DNA of 64,000 nt from contig JAXLNO010002694.1 of the NCBI GenBank assembly GCA_038087875.1, positions 434,001-498,000 on the forward strand, written 5' to 3'. Both the position numbers and the translations under genes were made by a program. How positions within the stretch are numbered: position 1 is the first letter of the stretch; each line of letters opens with the position of its first letter. The notes under the pieces are model-generated. The model was given only the letters and a program-made list of their open reading frames with translations. It made no database searches and was not told where the DNA came from. Shown piece by piece: positions 11,783 to 22,067 of this stretch. The stretch comes from Malacoraja senta (lineage: Eukaryota).

Positions 11783-12502
11783 ATGGTGGCCGCCCTCAAG
11801 GCCGGAGATGGTCCCCGCTTCACCGTGCGCCCGTTCATGGCCGGCGACTCGCCGGAGGCCCGCAGGATCTTCTCGGAGGGTCTGCTGGACCAGCCTTGGC
11901 CGGGCTTCCGCGGGGCCCTGCTGTCGTCCGCCGCTCCATGCCTCCTCCTGGCTGCCGGGGCCGCCGTCTACGTAGCCAGCTGGTCGCTGGCCTGGGCCGC
12001 TCTGCCCGTCGCCGCGCTGCTAGCCCTGCTCTACCTGGCCTGCCGCATGGTCTATACCAACTACCTGAGGGAAATGCTGGAGGCGGACATGGCGGACATC
12101 GAGGGGACGTACGTGAGGAGTCCGGGGGCGGGTTTCTGGGTGGTGGAGGAGGAGGGGGGAGGCGGTGGGCTGCGGGCGGTGGTGGCGGCACAGGCGGCCG
12201 AGGGACAGCCGGGCTGCTGCCTGCTCATCCGCCTCGCTGTCGACCGGCGATGCCAGGGCCTAGGCCTGGGCCGCAGAATGATCCGCTGGGTGCTGGAGTT
12301 CGCCCGGGACAGCGGCTATCGGGAGTGCGTCCTGGACACCACCACTGTCCAGCTTCCCGCCATCAGGCTCTACCGGACCCAGGGCTTTCGGGTGACCAGG
12401 GACATGGTGCCATTGCCCGGACAACCCCTGCTCTCCTGCGTCACCAACATCTATCTGTGCGAGATGAGGTTGTATCCTCTGGATGCTGGGAATTACCACT
12501 GA
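11783..12502 (+). CDS. NAT8/camello-family GNAT N-acetyltransferase, copy A (239 aa, single coding exon, one hydrophobic segment)
   Basis: Starts at ccATGg 11783, 72 nt after a polypyrimidine/cag acceptor (11710). Motifs DMADIEGTYVRSPGAGFWVVE, motif A RLAVDRRCQGLGLG and VLEFARDSGYRECVLDTTTVQLPAIRLYRTQGF align with vertebrate NAT8 (DMSDITKSY...[39 protein letters not shown], recalled). Orthology within the family is unresolved, so no symbol is given. Confidence 0.93.
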   Translation: MVAALKAGDGPRFTVRPFMAGDSPEARRIFSEGLLDQPWPGFRGALLSSAAPCLLLAAGAAVYVASWSLAWAALPVAALLALLYLACRMVYTNYLREMLEADMADIEGTYVRSPGAGFWVVEEEGGGGGLRAVVAAQAAEGQPGCCLLIRLAVDRRCQGLGLGRRMIRWVLEFARDSGYRECVLDTTTVQLPAIRLYRTQGFRVTRDMVPLPGQPLLSCVTNIYLCEMRLYPLDAGNYH

Positions 12503-12769
12503 AGGGGTCCCGGGACACGGTGGGTGTTGACATATCGATAAAGGAAACTTTCCAACGAGATGTAGGCTTTGAGCTCATTGGTGTGCGGAGCGATGGAGTA
12601 GATGGTTGGGGTTGGGGAGTGCGGGAAGGGGAGGAAAGTGGAGGTGTGGTCTGGGGAGTGGTGGGGTGGGAATTGCGGGAAAGGGAGGGGAGTGGAGGGG
12701 TGGTCTGTGGAGTGGAGGTCAAGGCATTTGGAGCAGATCGAGCTTGAGTGGGATTTTCAATGAAGTACC

Positions 12770-12870
12770 CCCTCAACCTTCTAAACTCCAGCGAGTAGAG
12801 ACCCAGTGCTGTCAAACGCTCATCATATGCTAACCCACTCAGGCCTGGAATCATTCTTGTAAAGGGACAT
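12770..12870 (-). mobile_element. CR1 LINE ORF2 fragment
   Basis: MIPGLSGLAYDERLTALGLYSLEFRRLRG. Part of it (12827-12910, including flank) is duplicated in inverted orientation at 4970-5050. Confidence 0.8.
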
Positions 12871-13459
12871 CTACTTTCCTACAACCATCGGATTCGGTAT
12901 GGGATCTGAGTAGATTGGCGCCTAATGGTCAGTGTGGACACAATGGGCCAACGTGCCCGTTTCTATGCTGTATGACTAGCTACATCAGGGAAGAGAAGGG
13001 TATGGAGATACAATTAACTGCAGGAGTAACTCAGATGAACAGGTAGCATCTCTGGAAGGAAGGAATGTGTGACTTTCCGGAACGAGATCCTTCTTCACAC
13101 TGAGAGCCAGGGGAGAGGGAGACATAGATATATAGATGTTTCAGGTGTGAAAACAGTTCAAAGCGGAAGTTGAACAAGGAAAATATAGAATGGTTCATTG
13201 ACGCTGAAGGGAAGGTGACAACGAGGCAAAATCGATAAAGTTGGATCAGGAGGACAGTGAAACTAGTTGGAGAACTAGGATGGGGGAGGGACGGAGAGAG
13301 GAAAAGCAAGGGTTACTTGAAGTTAGAGAAATCAATATTCATACCGCTAGGTGGCTGAGGGGCCTGTTTCCACGCTACATCTCTAAGATGTGCTGCCTAC
13401 ACTGCTCTGGCCAGCACTATCCCCGACGGGCAGAGGCTTCAGCATTCTGACGGATATTT

Positions 13460-13680
13460 ACTGCTTCTCTTCATTTCTCCCGTCTCTCTCTCTAAACCTA
13501 TCTTTCTCTCCTTCTGTCTCATCCTTTTCACTCTGTCACTCTCTTTCGCTTTCGTTCACATCCTCCCCTTCTGCCTCTCTCCACTGTCCCTGCCTCTCTC
13601 TTAGTCTATTTCTCCGTCTTTCTCTCTCTGTCGGTCTATCTCTGTCTTTCTCTGCCTTTCTCCCTCTCTTGCCCTCCCAC
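13460..13680 (+). repeat. Degenerate (TC)n pyrimidine tract
   Basis: About 220 nt of almost pure C/T in tctctc runs. Confidence 0.85.
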
Positions 13681-13748
13681 GGCGCTCACTCATTGTTGCC
13701 CCTCACCGCCCCTCCGGCGGCTCTCCTGGCTCCCTCCTTCCTGCTCGT

Positions 13749-13880
13749 CCCGCGGCCCTTCATCCTCGCCGCCACTCCCGCGGCCCTCCATCCTCGCCAC
13801 CCCTCCCGTGGCCATTCAACATCGCTGCCACTCCCGCGACCCTCCATCCTCACTGCCACTCCCGCGACCCTTCATCCCCA
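13749..13880 (+). repeat. 28-bp minisatellite, about 5 copies
   Basis: Units start at 13749, 13777, 13805, 13833 and 13861; consensus about cccgcgrcccttcatcctcgcygccact. Confidence 0.85.
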
Positions 13881-13959
13881 CGGCGATCCCTCCTCGCTCC
13901 CCCTCCCGCGGCGCTCCCTCCTGCCTGCCCCTCCTGTGGCGCTCCAACGGGAAGCTGGA

Positions 13960-16900
13960 GATGGTTAGCAGGTAGACGGTAGTACGGAGGCAGAGGTTTC
14001 TGCAACGGAGCTCACTGTACCACCGCATGCCACTGGTCGGATGAGGAGGAGGCACGGGTCCTCCGACACGGACTACGGCCCTGATGTCCAGGGACAAGCT
14101 GAAGGGGGGCCTTCACCCCCAGTTGAGGTGGAGTCCCCAGGGCACGCTTCCTCTGAGCTGGAGGATGCCTGTGTAGTACAGGGACCACCTGAGAGTTGTG
14201 ACGCACTACCCGTGGGAGCTGTTCCCCCAGAGAACGCGTCCCTTGGCTTACAGGATGACCAGGGGCAGTCTGAAGGGTAAGACTTGAGTGTGGGGGTGGG
14301 TCCCCTGCCTGTGCTCCCCGTTGAGGCTACAAGCCCAGATGAGGGGAGACTCCAGGAACATCGGCCACAGTGAGGTGATTCCCCTGGTAGTGGAGGACGG
14401 GGACTCTCTGGGTGACGATGCAAGGGCGGGTACCATGGGTGCGAAGAAGGGCAGGATCTTTTCGCATGGTGTCTTCCAGTTGGACAGGTCCGTTCACTGC
14501 CAGCCCCGGAGATTTCCTCCGACTTCATTGTCCCCAATCCGGTACAGAGGGCGGTGGGAATGTGCAGGAGACTGGCCAATTACTCGGCAGCTTGTCACAG
14601 TCAGGGGTACCGGTACTTGCCCCCGTCACTGATCCTGTGGGTGAGATGGTGACGGTGGAGGGACCAGGTGACGTGGCCGGCACGCCCATTTCACAGGGAG
14701 GGGTGAGTGAGGCAGCTGAGAGTAGGAACCTTCCAGACTCGGACATTGAGTGCGAGGACGAGGGTGATGCGGACTCCGTCGACAGTGAGTTGACGGACTG
14801 CCCTAACCGCAACCCTGTGTCCCGACTTGTTGAAGTCTGGGAAATCCGGAAGTTCTTGAAGGACCAGAGGGAGTAGGAATAAGGCCGAGTTAGCTGCTGA
14901 CCGCTGGTTGGACCTGGCGAGACCCATGCAGTCCATTTTTGCCATCCATCGGAAGAAAGGAAAGGCGGCGGGACTCTCGAAAAAATGAGCGGCCCCAGTT
15001 CCAAGTGCTTTTTGAAGAGAGGGCGGAAGGCAGATGCGGCTCCGATCCTTCACCGGGTGCTGGTAAAAGATCTAGTGTAAATTCAAAATGAAGCTCACTA
15101 TAGCCAGCCTGAATATCAATGGGGGCAGGTGGTCTCTCCGCAGGTTTCACCAGCTCTCGGTGCGCAGGGATGGGAGGTACGCGGTGAGCTTCTTGCAGGA
15201 AACACACACTGTGGCTAGTGGTGAACCCACCTGGCTCTTGGAGTGGGAGGGGGGGTCTACATGAGCCATCTTAACTCCAATTCGAGTGAAGTGGCTTTCC
15301 TGTTGTCCCCATCTTTTCAGCCGGAGATCCTCAAGGTGCAGAAAATTGTACCAGGCCGGTTGCTGTATCTGGCGGTGCGCCTGGTTGGTGTGCCATTACA
15401 CTTTATCAATGTGTACGCCCCCAAGATTGGCGCAATGCAGACGCGCCTAACCTGGGAGGTGACCACTTTGTTCAATATCCTCGACCGTGGAGAGTGTGTT
15501 TTCCTTGGGGGAGGTGTTAATTGTACCGTCGAGGCGCGAGATCGCTCTGGCATTCAGCGTGACCCGGCAGCAGTGAAGACATTAAGGGAGCCTCTTTTGA
15601 GCTATTTCCATTCTGACTCTAGTGCCTTCTCGTACAGGTTTGAGGGGGTCGTTCCCGTATTGACTGCTTGTACGTTTCCAAGGCCTATGTCTCCTGTGTC
15701 TCGGCGTCCTCCATGCGGCCGGTGCCATGCTCGGACCACTGCCTGGTGCGAGTGGACTTTATCTCAGCGCTCACACGGGCAGGGTCCGTGTGGAGGTATT
15801 TTAATAACCAGCTGCTGGAGGATCGCCGATTCCGGGATTCGTTCAGGAAGTTCTGGGCAAAGTGGAGAGAGTGGCAGGGGCGTTTCCTTTCCTAAGGCAG
15901 TGGTGGGACGTGGGGAAGAACTACAGCAGTGTGTTTTGCCAAGACTATGCGAGGGGGCGACCTAGGGGTGGGTGTCCGAGATCGGACGGCTTGAGAGAGA
16001 GCTGCTCGACTTGGAGTCTCGCGTGGGTCAGACTGGTGGGGATTCTTGCGAGTGGCAGTAGTACCAGGAGTAGAAGGGTGCGCTGAGGGACTTGCAGATT
16101 CGGCGGTCCCGGGGCGCGTATGTGCAGTCACGAGTCTAGATGTTGCACGATCTGTACCAGGCCTCTCCCTTTTTCTTCTCCCTGGAGAATTGGCGAGGAG
16201 CCCGCAGGCAGCTCGTTGAGTTGCTTGCGGATGATGGCTCCTCTGTCACAGATCCAGAGAGCATCGGTACCTCGGTTGGATCTTAATACAGGACTCTGTT
16301 CTCCGCGGGTACATCTAGTGGGGATGCGCGAGTGTCCTGTGGGATGGCTTACCCGTAGTGTGCAAAGTGGTGGCTGAGCGCCTCGATGATCCCTTAAATC
16401 TGGAGGAGCTGACTGCTACCCTGCATCAGCTCAGGTGGGGGGGGGGGGGGTGGCAAGTCTCCAGGACTGGATGCGCTGACGGTGGAGTTTCTTAGAGCCT
16501 TTTGGGATGTTCTGGGGGGTGACTATAGGAAAGTCCTGGGGGTGAGACTGGCGACCGGGGAGATGCCCTTCTCGTGGCGCAGGACAGTCGTTGTCCTGCT
16601 GCCCAAGAAAGGCGATCTCCGCCTTTTGAAGAACTGGCGTCCGGTCTCTCTCCTCAGCACAGGATACAAAGTCTTTGCACGGGCAATGGCGAATTGCCTG
16701 GGTCCCGTGCTGTCCCAAGTGCTCAACCCACACCTGTCCTACACAGTCCCGGGCCGGTCCATCCAGAACAATATCCATCTGGTCCAGGACCTGACCCATC
16801 TGTCCCAGGGGGCTGGACAGTCAGTCGCCTTTCTCTCCCTTGACCAGGAGAAGGCGTATGACAGGGTGGATCACGACTACCTTCTTGGGATTCTGCAGGC

Positions 16901-16966
16901 GTTCGGATTTGGACCGCACTTCGTGGCCCGAGTCCGGCTTTTGTACGCTGCTGCGGAATGCCTTGT
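13960..16966 (+). mobile_element. Second decayed Tx1-clade element (ORF1 part plus ORF2 endonuclease and RT N-half, 3' truncated)
   Basis: ORF1 C-terminal WEIRKFLKD motif. ORF2 ATG at 15088 (MKLTIASLNING), then FLQETH, INVYAP, WRPVSLLSTGYKVF and LDQEKAYDRVDH, breaking after ECLV. Closely similar to the 60-4960 copy. Confidence 0.9.
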
Positions 16967-17829
16967 TGACATAGAGAGCATCTTCGTATCCCTTCGTTAT
17001 CACCTCTTCCACAGCCGTCAATGGGCCATAGTGTGGTCCATATTTCTCGAGTCACCAGTGCCGGCTCTGATTTATTCTGTACCTTTTCATACCTCTGGAT
17101 TCCCTCTCCCAAGAATCACAGTCTGAGGAATCGTTTCACCCGAAACTTCATCTATTCCTTTTCTCCAGAGATACCGCCTGACCCGCTGAGTTACGCAAAA
17201 CAAAGAATTTCACTGTGACTTGTCACATGTGACAATAGATGGCTTCATTGGTTCATTCGTTCACCTCCCATGGTGTTCTGTCCACATTGTCGCTCCCGTG
17301 GCGCTCCCTCCAACTTACCCCTCCCACTGCGTTCCCTCATTGACGCCCTTCCCGCGGCTTTGCTCCTTCGACATCCTCGACAGACAGCACCCGTAGTCGA
17401 GTTCGAACCCGGGTCTCTAGCTCTGGAAGGCAGTAGCTCTACCGTTATGCCACCGTGCCGCCCCGAAAGCCATTACAGCGCCAGAGACGCCGGAGGGTAG
17501 CAATCGTACAGCCATTCGATTGCTTCTCTCCGACGTCTCTGGCGCTGTAAGGCGCGAGACAGCAACTCTACCGCTGCACAACTGTGACGCCGTTAGTTGG
17601 GCAAAGCGGTTGGGAGCACCGAATGCTGTTGATAAGTACATGGATAGGACAGGTTTAGATGGATACTAGATTAAGTGGGACCCATTGCAATATTCGACCT
17701 CTCCACCAATTCCAATATTGGTGGCCAGTGCGGGGTCTTTCTGGAGCGCTAGTATGGGTGTTGTGGACCAAAGGGACTGGTTTCCAGAGGGCTAGTGTGC
17801 ACATTGTGAGCCGAATGGATTCTTGAGCA

Positions 17830-17993
17830 GGCAGCTCAGTCACTCAAGTCTGGTGGGCTGGCAGCTCAGTCACTCAGGCCTGGTGGGCTGGCAGCTCAGG
17901 CCTGGCGGGCTGGCAGCTCAGTCACTCAGGCCTGGTGGGCTGGCAGCTCAGGCCTGGCGGGCTGGCAGCTCAGTCACTCATGCCTTGTGGGCT
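17830..17993 (+). repeat. GC-rich minisatellite with 30-bp and 22-bp unit variants
   Basis: Order 30-30-22-30-22-30 of ggcagctcag(tcactcag)gcctggygggct. Confidence 0.9.
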
Positions 17994-18399
17994 GGCTCAG
18001 AAACTGCCAGAAATTCTGCCCACAACAGGTGAGAGACTCTGTGAGAGAGAAGGGGGAGAGGGGGAAGAATTTGTTCATCTTTTCTGCAGATCACAGCAAT
18101 GAAGGAGGAAAATCTGTCCTGGACTGGATCTCACAGGGAGCCAACGAAGGGAGGGAGAAAAATACGGGGGTGAGGTTTAATACTAGCAGGGGGGATACTT
18201 ACTGATGGGCCGAAGGTACTCCTCCTGGGCTAGTACAGGCCTGATGGGTCGAAGGGACAAAAAAATCTGATTGAAATCTCAGTGAAAGGCACGTTTTCTG
18301 GACTTTTCCCAGCCTGGCGCGGGCCTTTTGGGCCAAAATCCTCCTCCTTGGTTAATACGGGCATTAGGGGCAAAAGGGACTGGTTTCTCAGCTAAGGAG

Positions 18400-19235
18400 C
18401 TACAGAGGGGTCCGGATCTGCAGAGAGAGAAAAGTCAATTGAGACAGAGATTCACATTCATCTCCGCTAATCACATCGAGTCAGCGAGCAGAGGAACAGG
18501 CCATTCGACCCATCGTTCCCATCCACACCAGATGTCCCATTTACGCAGGTCCCACCTGCCCACATTTTGCCCATATTGCTCCAAACCATTCCTATCCATG
18601 AACCTGTGTAAATATATTTTAATTGTCATCTACAACGTTCGGTGTTCCCAATGTGGCTTTCAAAACATCGGCAAGACAGACTAGGAAACCGCTTCGCCGA
18701 ATACTTGCACTCAGTCTGCCAAGACATGCTGGATCTCCCAGTTGCTAAACCTTTTAATTCCCCTTGCAATTCCTACTCCAGCCTTTCTGTCCCGAGCCTC
18801 CTTCTCTGCCTGAGTGAGGCCGCACCCAAACTGCAGCAACAGCATTCCCTTGCACCTGAATCAGGGGACAGCTTCGTCCCCTCTATTACCATGCTTCTGA
18901 ACAGCCCTTCCATAAGCTGGGGGTACAGTCCCGATTCTCCGACCTATCTCATTATGGACAATTGTTTTAGAAAGAACTGCAGGTGCTGGAAAAATCGAAG
19001 GTAGTCAAAAATGCTGGAGAAACTCAGCGGGTGCGGCAGCAGCTTTTGAGCGAGGGAATAGGCGACGTTTCTGGTCGAGACCCTTCTTCAGACTATTCAC
19101 CTATTCCTTCAGACTACTTCGCCTATTCCATCGCTCCATAGATGCTGCCTCACCCGCTGAGTTTCTCCAGCATTTTTGTCTACCTTCGATTTTTCCAGCA
19201 TCTGCAGTTCTTTCTAAAACAATTGTCCATAATGA
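18400..19235 (-). pseudogene. Orphan copy of the NAT8 upstream intron and splice acceptor, with no coding sequence
   Basis: Reverse complement matches about 9560-10345, including ttctctctctgcag/atccggacccctct. Sequence beyond it is unrelated to the NAT8 CDS. Confidence 0.7.
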
Positions 19236-21347
19236 GGTAGGTGGCTGTACCCGTGATGGGTGGACAGGAGTGAGATATGGAGGAATTAATTTTTGTTTCA
19301 CATTCGCCTCAAATGTATGAAATAAGAAACAAGAGGAAGAAATTAACCAAGTGGTACATGTGGATCATCTGTTCGAATAATTTTATTGCAATTAATTAAT
19401 ACATTCAATTAAGGTACAGACCAAATGTGTAGGTAGGAACTGCAGATGCTGGTTTAAACCGAAGATAGACACAATATGCTGGAGTAACTCGGCGGGACAG
19501 GCAGCATCTCTGGTGACGTTTCGGGTCGAGACCCGTCTGAAGATTCCTTCTCTCCAGAGATGCTGCCTGTCCCGCTGAGTTACTCCTGCATTTTGTGTTT
19601 ATCTTCAATTAAGGGACAATTTGAATTGAATGTATATACAATTGATGTGTTTGTGTGCAGTCTAAGTTTATGTGCCTGTGACGCTGCTGCAAGCAATGTT
19701 TTCAATGGATCTGCACCGCACCGTACTTGTGCAAATGGCAATAATCTCCACTCGATTTGGCTATCGCCTCTTGATTTAAATTCCCCTATCATCAGGGAAA
19801 ACGGGTGTGACCGTCCCCCTTGTTTACGACCATCCTGACTTTATAAACTTATTTCTGATCACCCCTCAACCTCATTCACTCCATGGAAAATAACCACAGC
19901 CTATCCAGCCTCTCCAGATACCAGAAGTCCTCCTGATCCGGCAACAACCTGGTGAATCTTGTCTGCATCCTGAGCAGCTTAACGACATCCTTCCCACATC
20001 AATGCTCCAAGTGCCTGTTTCATAACTTCATAAGTGATCGGAGTAGAATTAGGCCATCCGGCCCATCAATTCTACTCCACCATTCAATCGTGGCTGATCT
20101 ATCTCTCCCTCCTAACCCCATTCTCATGCCTTCTCCCCATAACCCCTGACACTGGTATGATGGTCATTAACTTCTTGTATGTTTTACTATTATATATTAT
20201 ATGTGAGTTATTGGGTTCACGGGCCTGTTTGGTTGCAGCAATGAAGAATTTCAAAAGAATAGTCAAGGAATCAAGCGTCTTTAATTGTCACTTACACTGA
20301 GACTGGAACAATTAAATTCTTACTTACAAAAGCAGAGCACATCTGAAAACACAAAGCACCTAAATAATCTATAATCTAATACAAATTATTAAGTTAATCA
20401 CCACAATACATGCAAGCAGGCACACAATTTTCTTAGTGCAACCAAAATAATTCAATAGAAGTTCCTAGTTGAGGTTGGTGCTGTGTCGGGTTCATCATCC
20501 TGAACCTGACAGTGGTGCCCTTTGGAGACAGCATCTTTTACAGATCCTTTCGATAGTGGGAAGGTCAGTACCAATGATGGACCGGCCAGTGTCTACCACT
20601 CTCTATAATCACCTCCATTCTTATGCATCAAGTTGCCAAACCAGGCCGTGATGCAACCAGTCAATATGTTCCCCACCGTACACCTGTAGAAGTAGAAGAG
20701 CATACTAGCTGACCTGCTGTATCACCTCAATCATCCAAGGAAGTGTAGTCGTGTATGGACACAAGGAACTGCAGATGCATGAATTTTGCGTGGAACACAC
20801 AATGAGCTGGAGTAATTCAGTGGGTCAGGCATCATATCTGGAGAAGATGGAAATGTGATGTTTCTGGTTGCGACACTTCTTCTCAGAGAGAAGAGGTGCC
20901 GGTGGGCTTTATTTGTGATCACATCATAGTGCCGGGCCTAGGACAGATCTTCACAGATATCCCAACCCAGGAACTTGAAGTTGTTGCCTCTCTATATCGC
21001 AGGCTGACCGGCGATCCATGTAGTCCCATGACCTCGGTTTAAGGTGTAGAAAGGAACTGCAGATGCTGATCTAAACCAGCACCTGCAGTTGCTTCCTAAA
21101 CCCGACTTTAAGGTATCCACCATGAACTGCATATGGGACCAGGCCTCACCTCGATCTGCTCCAACTGCCTTCACCTCCACTCCCCACCCCTCCACTCTAT
21201 ACACCACCCCTCCACTTCCCTCTCCTTCCCACACTCCCCACCCCCACCATCATCTCCATCGCTCCCCACACCAATGAGCTCAGAGACTATATTTCATTGG
21301 GCAGTTTCCTTTATTGACATGTCAACACCCTCTGTCACGGTACATCT

Positions 21348-22067
21348 TCACTGGTAATTCCCAGCATCCAGATGATACAACCTCATCTCGCACAGATAGA
21401 TGTTGGTGACCCACGAGAGCAGGACCCATCCGGACATGGGCTCGTCGTCCCTGGTCAGCCGAAAGCCCTGGGCCTGGTAGAGCCCGATGGCGGGAAGGAC
21501 AAAAGTGGAGGTGTCCAAGACGCACTCTCGGTAGCCGCTGTCCCGGGCGAACGCCAGCACCCGGCGGGTCAGTCTGCGGCCCAAGCCTAGGCCCCGGCAT
21601 CGCCGGTCGACAGCGAGACGGAGGAGCTGGCAGCAGCCCGGCTCTCCCTCGGCCTCCTGCGCCGCCACCACCCCCCGCAGCCCACCGCCTCCCCCTTGCT
21701 CCTCCACCACCCAGAACCCCGCCCCCTGCCTCCTCATGTACGTCCCCTCAATGTCCGCCATGTCCGCCTCCAGCGCCTCCCTGAGGTAGTTGGTATAGAC
21801 CGTGCGACAGGCCAGGTAGAGCAGGGCTAGCAGCGCGGCGACGGACAGAGCGGCCCAGCCCAGCGACCAGCTGGCTATGTAGAAGGCGGCCCCGGCAGCC
21901 AGGAGGAGGCAGGGAGCTGCGGGCGACCTCATTGCCCCGCGGGAGGCCGCCCAAGGCTGGTCCATCATACCCTCCGAAAATATCCTGCGGGCTTCCGGCG
22001 AGTCGCCGGCCCGGAACGGGCGCACGGTGAAGCGTGGACCATCGCCGGCCTTGAGGGCGGCCGCCAT
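21348..22067 (-). CDS. NAT8/camello-family GNAT N-acetyltransferase, copy B (239 aa)
   Basis: Open 720-nt frame MAAALKAGDGPRFTVRPF...LDAGNYQ*, about 81% identical to copy A (hand count). Acceptor at 22140, candidate upstream donor ag/GTAAGT at 23100 and AATAAA at 21310-21315. Confidence 0.93.
   Translation of the reverse strand: MAAALKAGDGPRFTVRPFRAGDSPEARRIFSEGMMDQPWAASRGAMRSPAAPCLLLAAGAAFYIASWSLGWAALSVAALLALLYLACRTVYTNYLREALEADMADIEGTYMRRQGAGFWVVEEQGGGGGLRGVVAAQEAEGEPGCCQLLRLAVDRRCRGLGLGRRLTRRVLAFARDSGYRECVLDTSTFVLPAIGLYQAQGFRLTRDDEPMSGWVLLSWVTNIYLCEMRLYHLDAGNYQ

Larger units (their letters stand above)
5153..12750 (+). repeat. Left arm of a large inverted segmental duplication (partner 21140-27379)
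   Basis: 5153 onward matches the reverse complement of 27379 downward. The same ordered succession of Penelope, Gypsy and SINE fragments and NAT8 copies is present. Homology ends in the NAT8 3' flank (about 12750 vs 21140). Roughly 90% identity in non-coding parts, estimated by eye. Confidence 0.92.

Noticed and set aside
11896-12747. 283-aa minus-strand ORF and other long ORFs overlapping the NAT8 copies (10375-11313, 21322-21600)
   Set aside because: Antisense or alternative-frame shadows of GC-rich coding sequence; low complexity, no recognisable domain.
17830-17993. CRISPR-like array
   Set aside because: Contiguous tandem units with no unique spacers, in a vertebrate genome with no cas genes.
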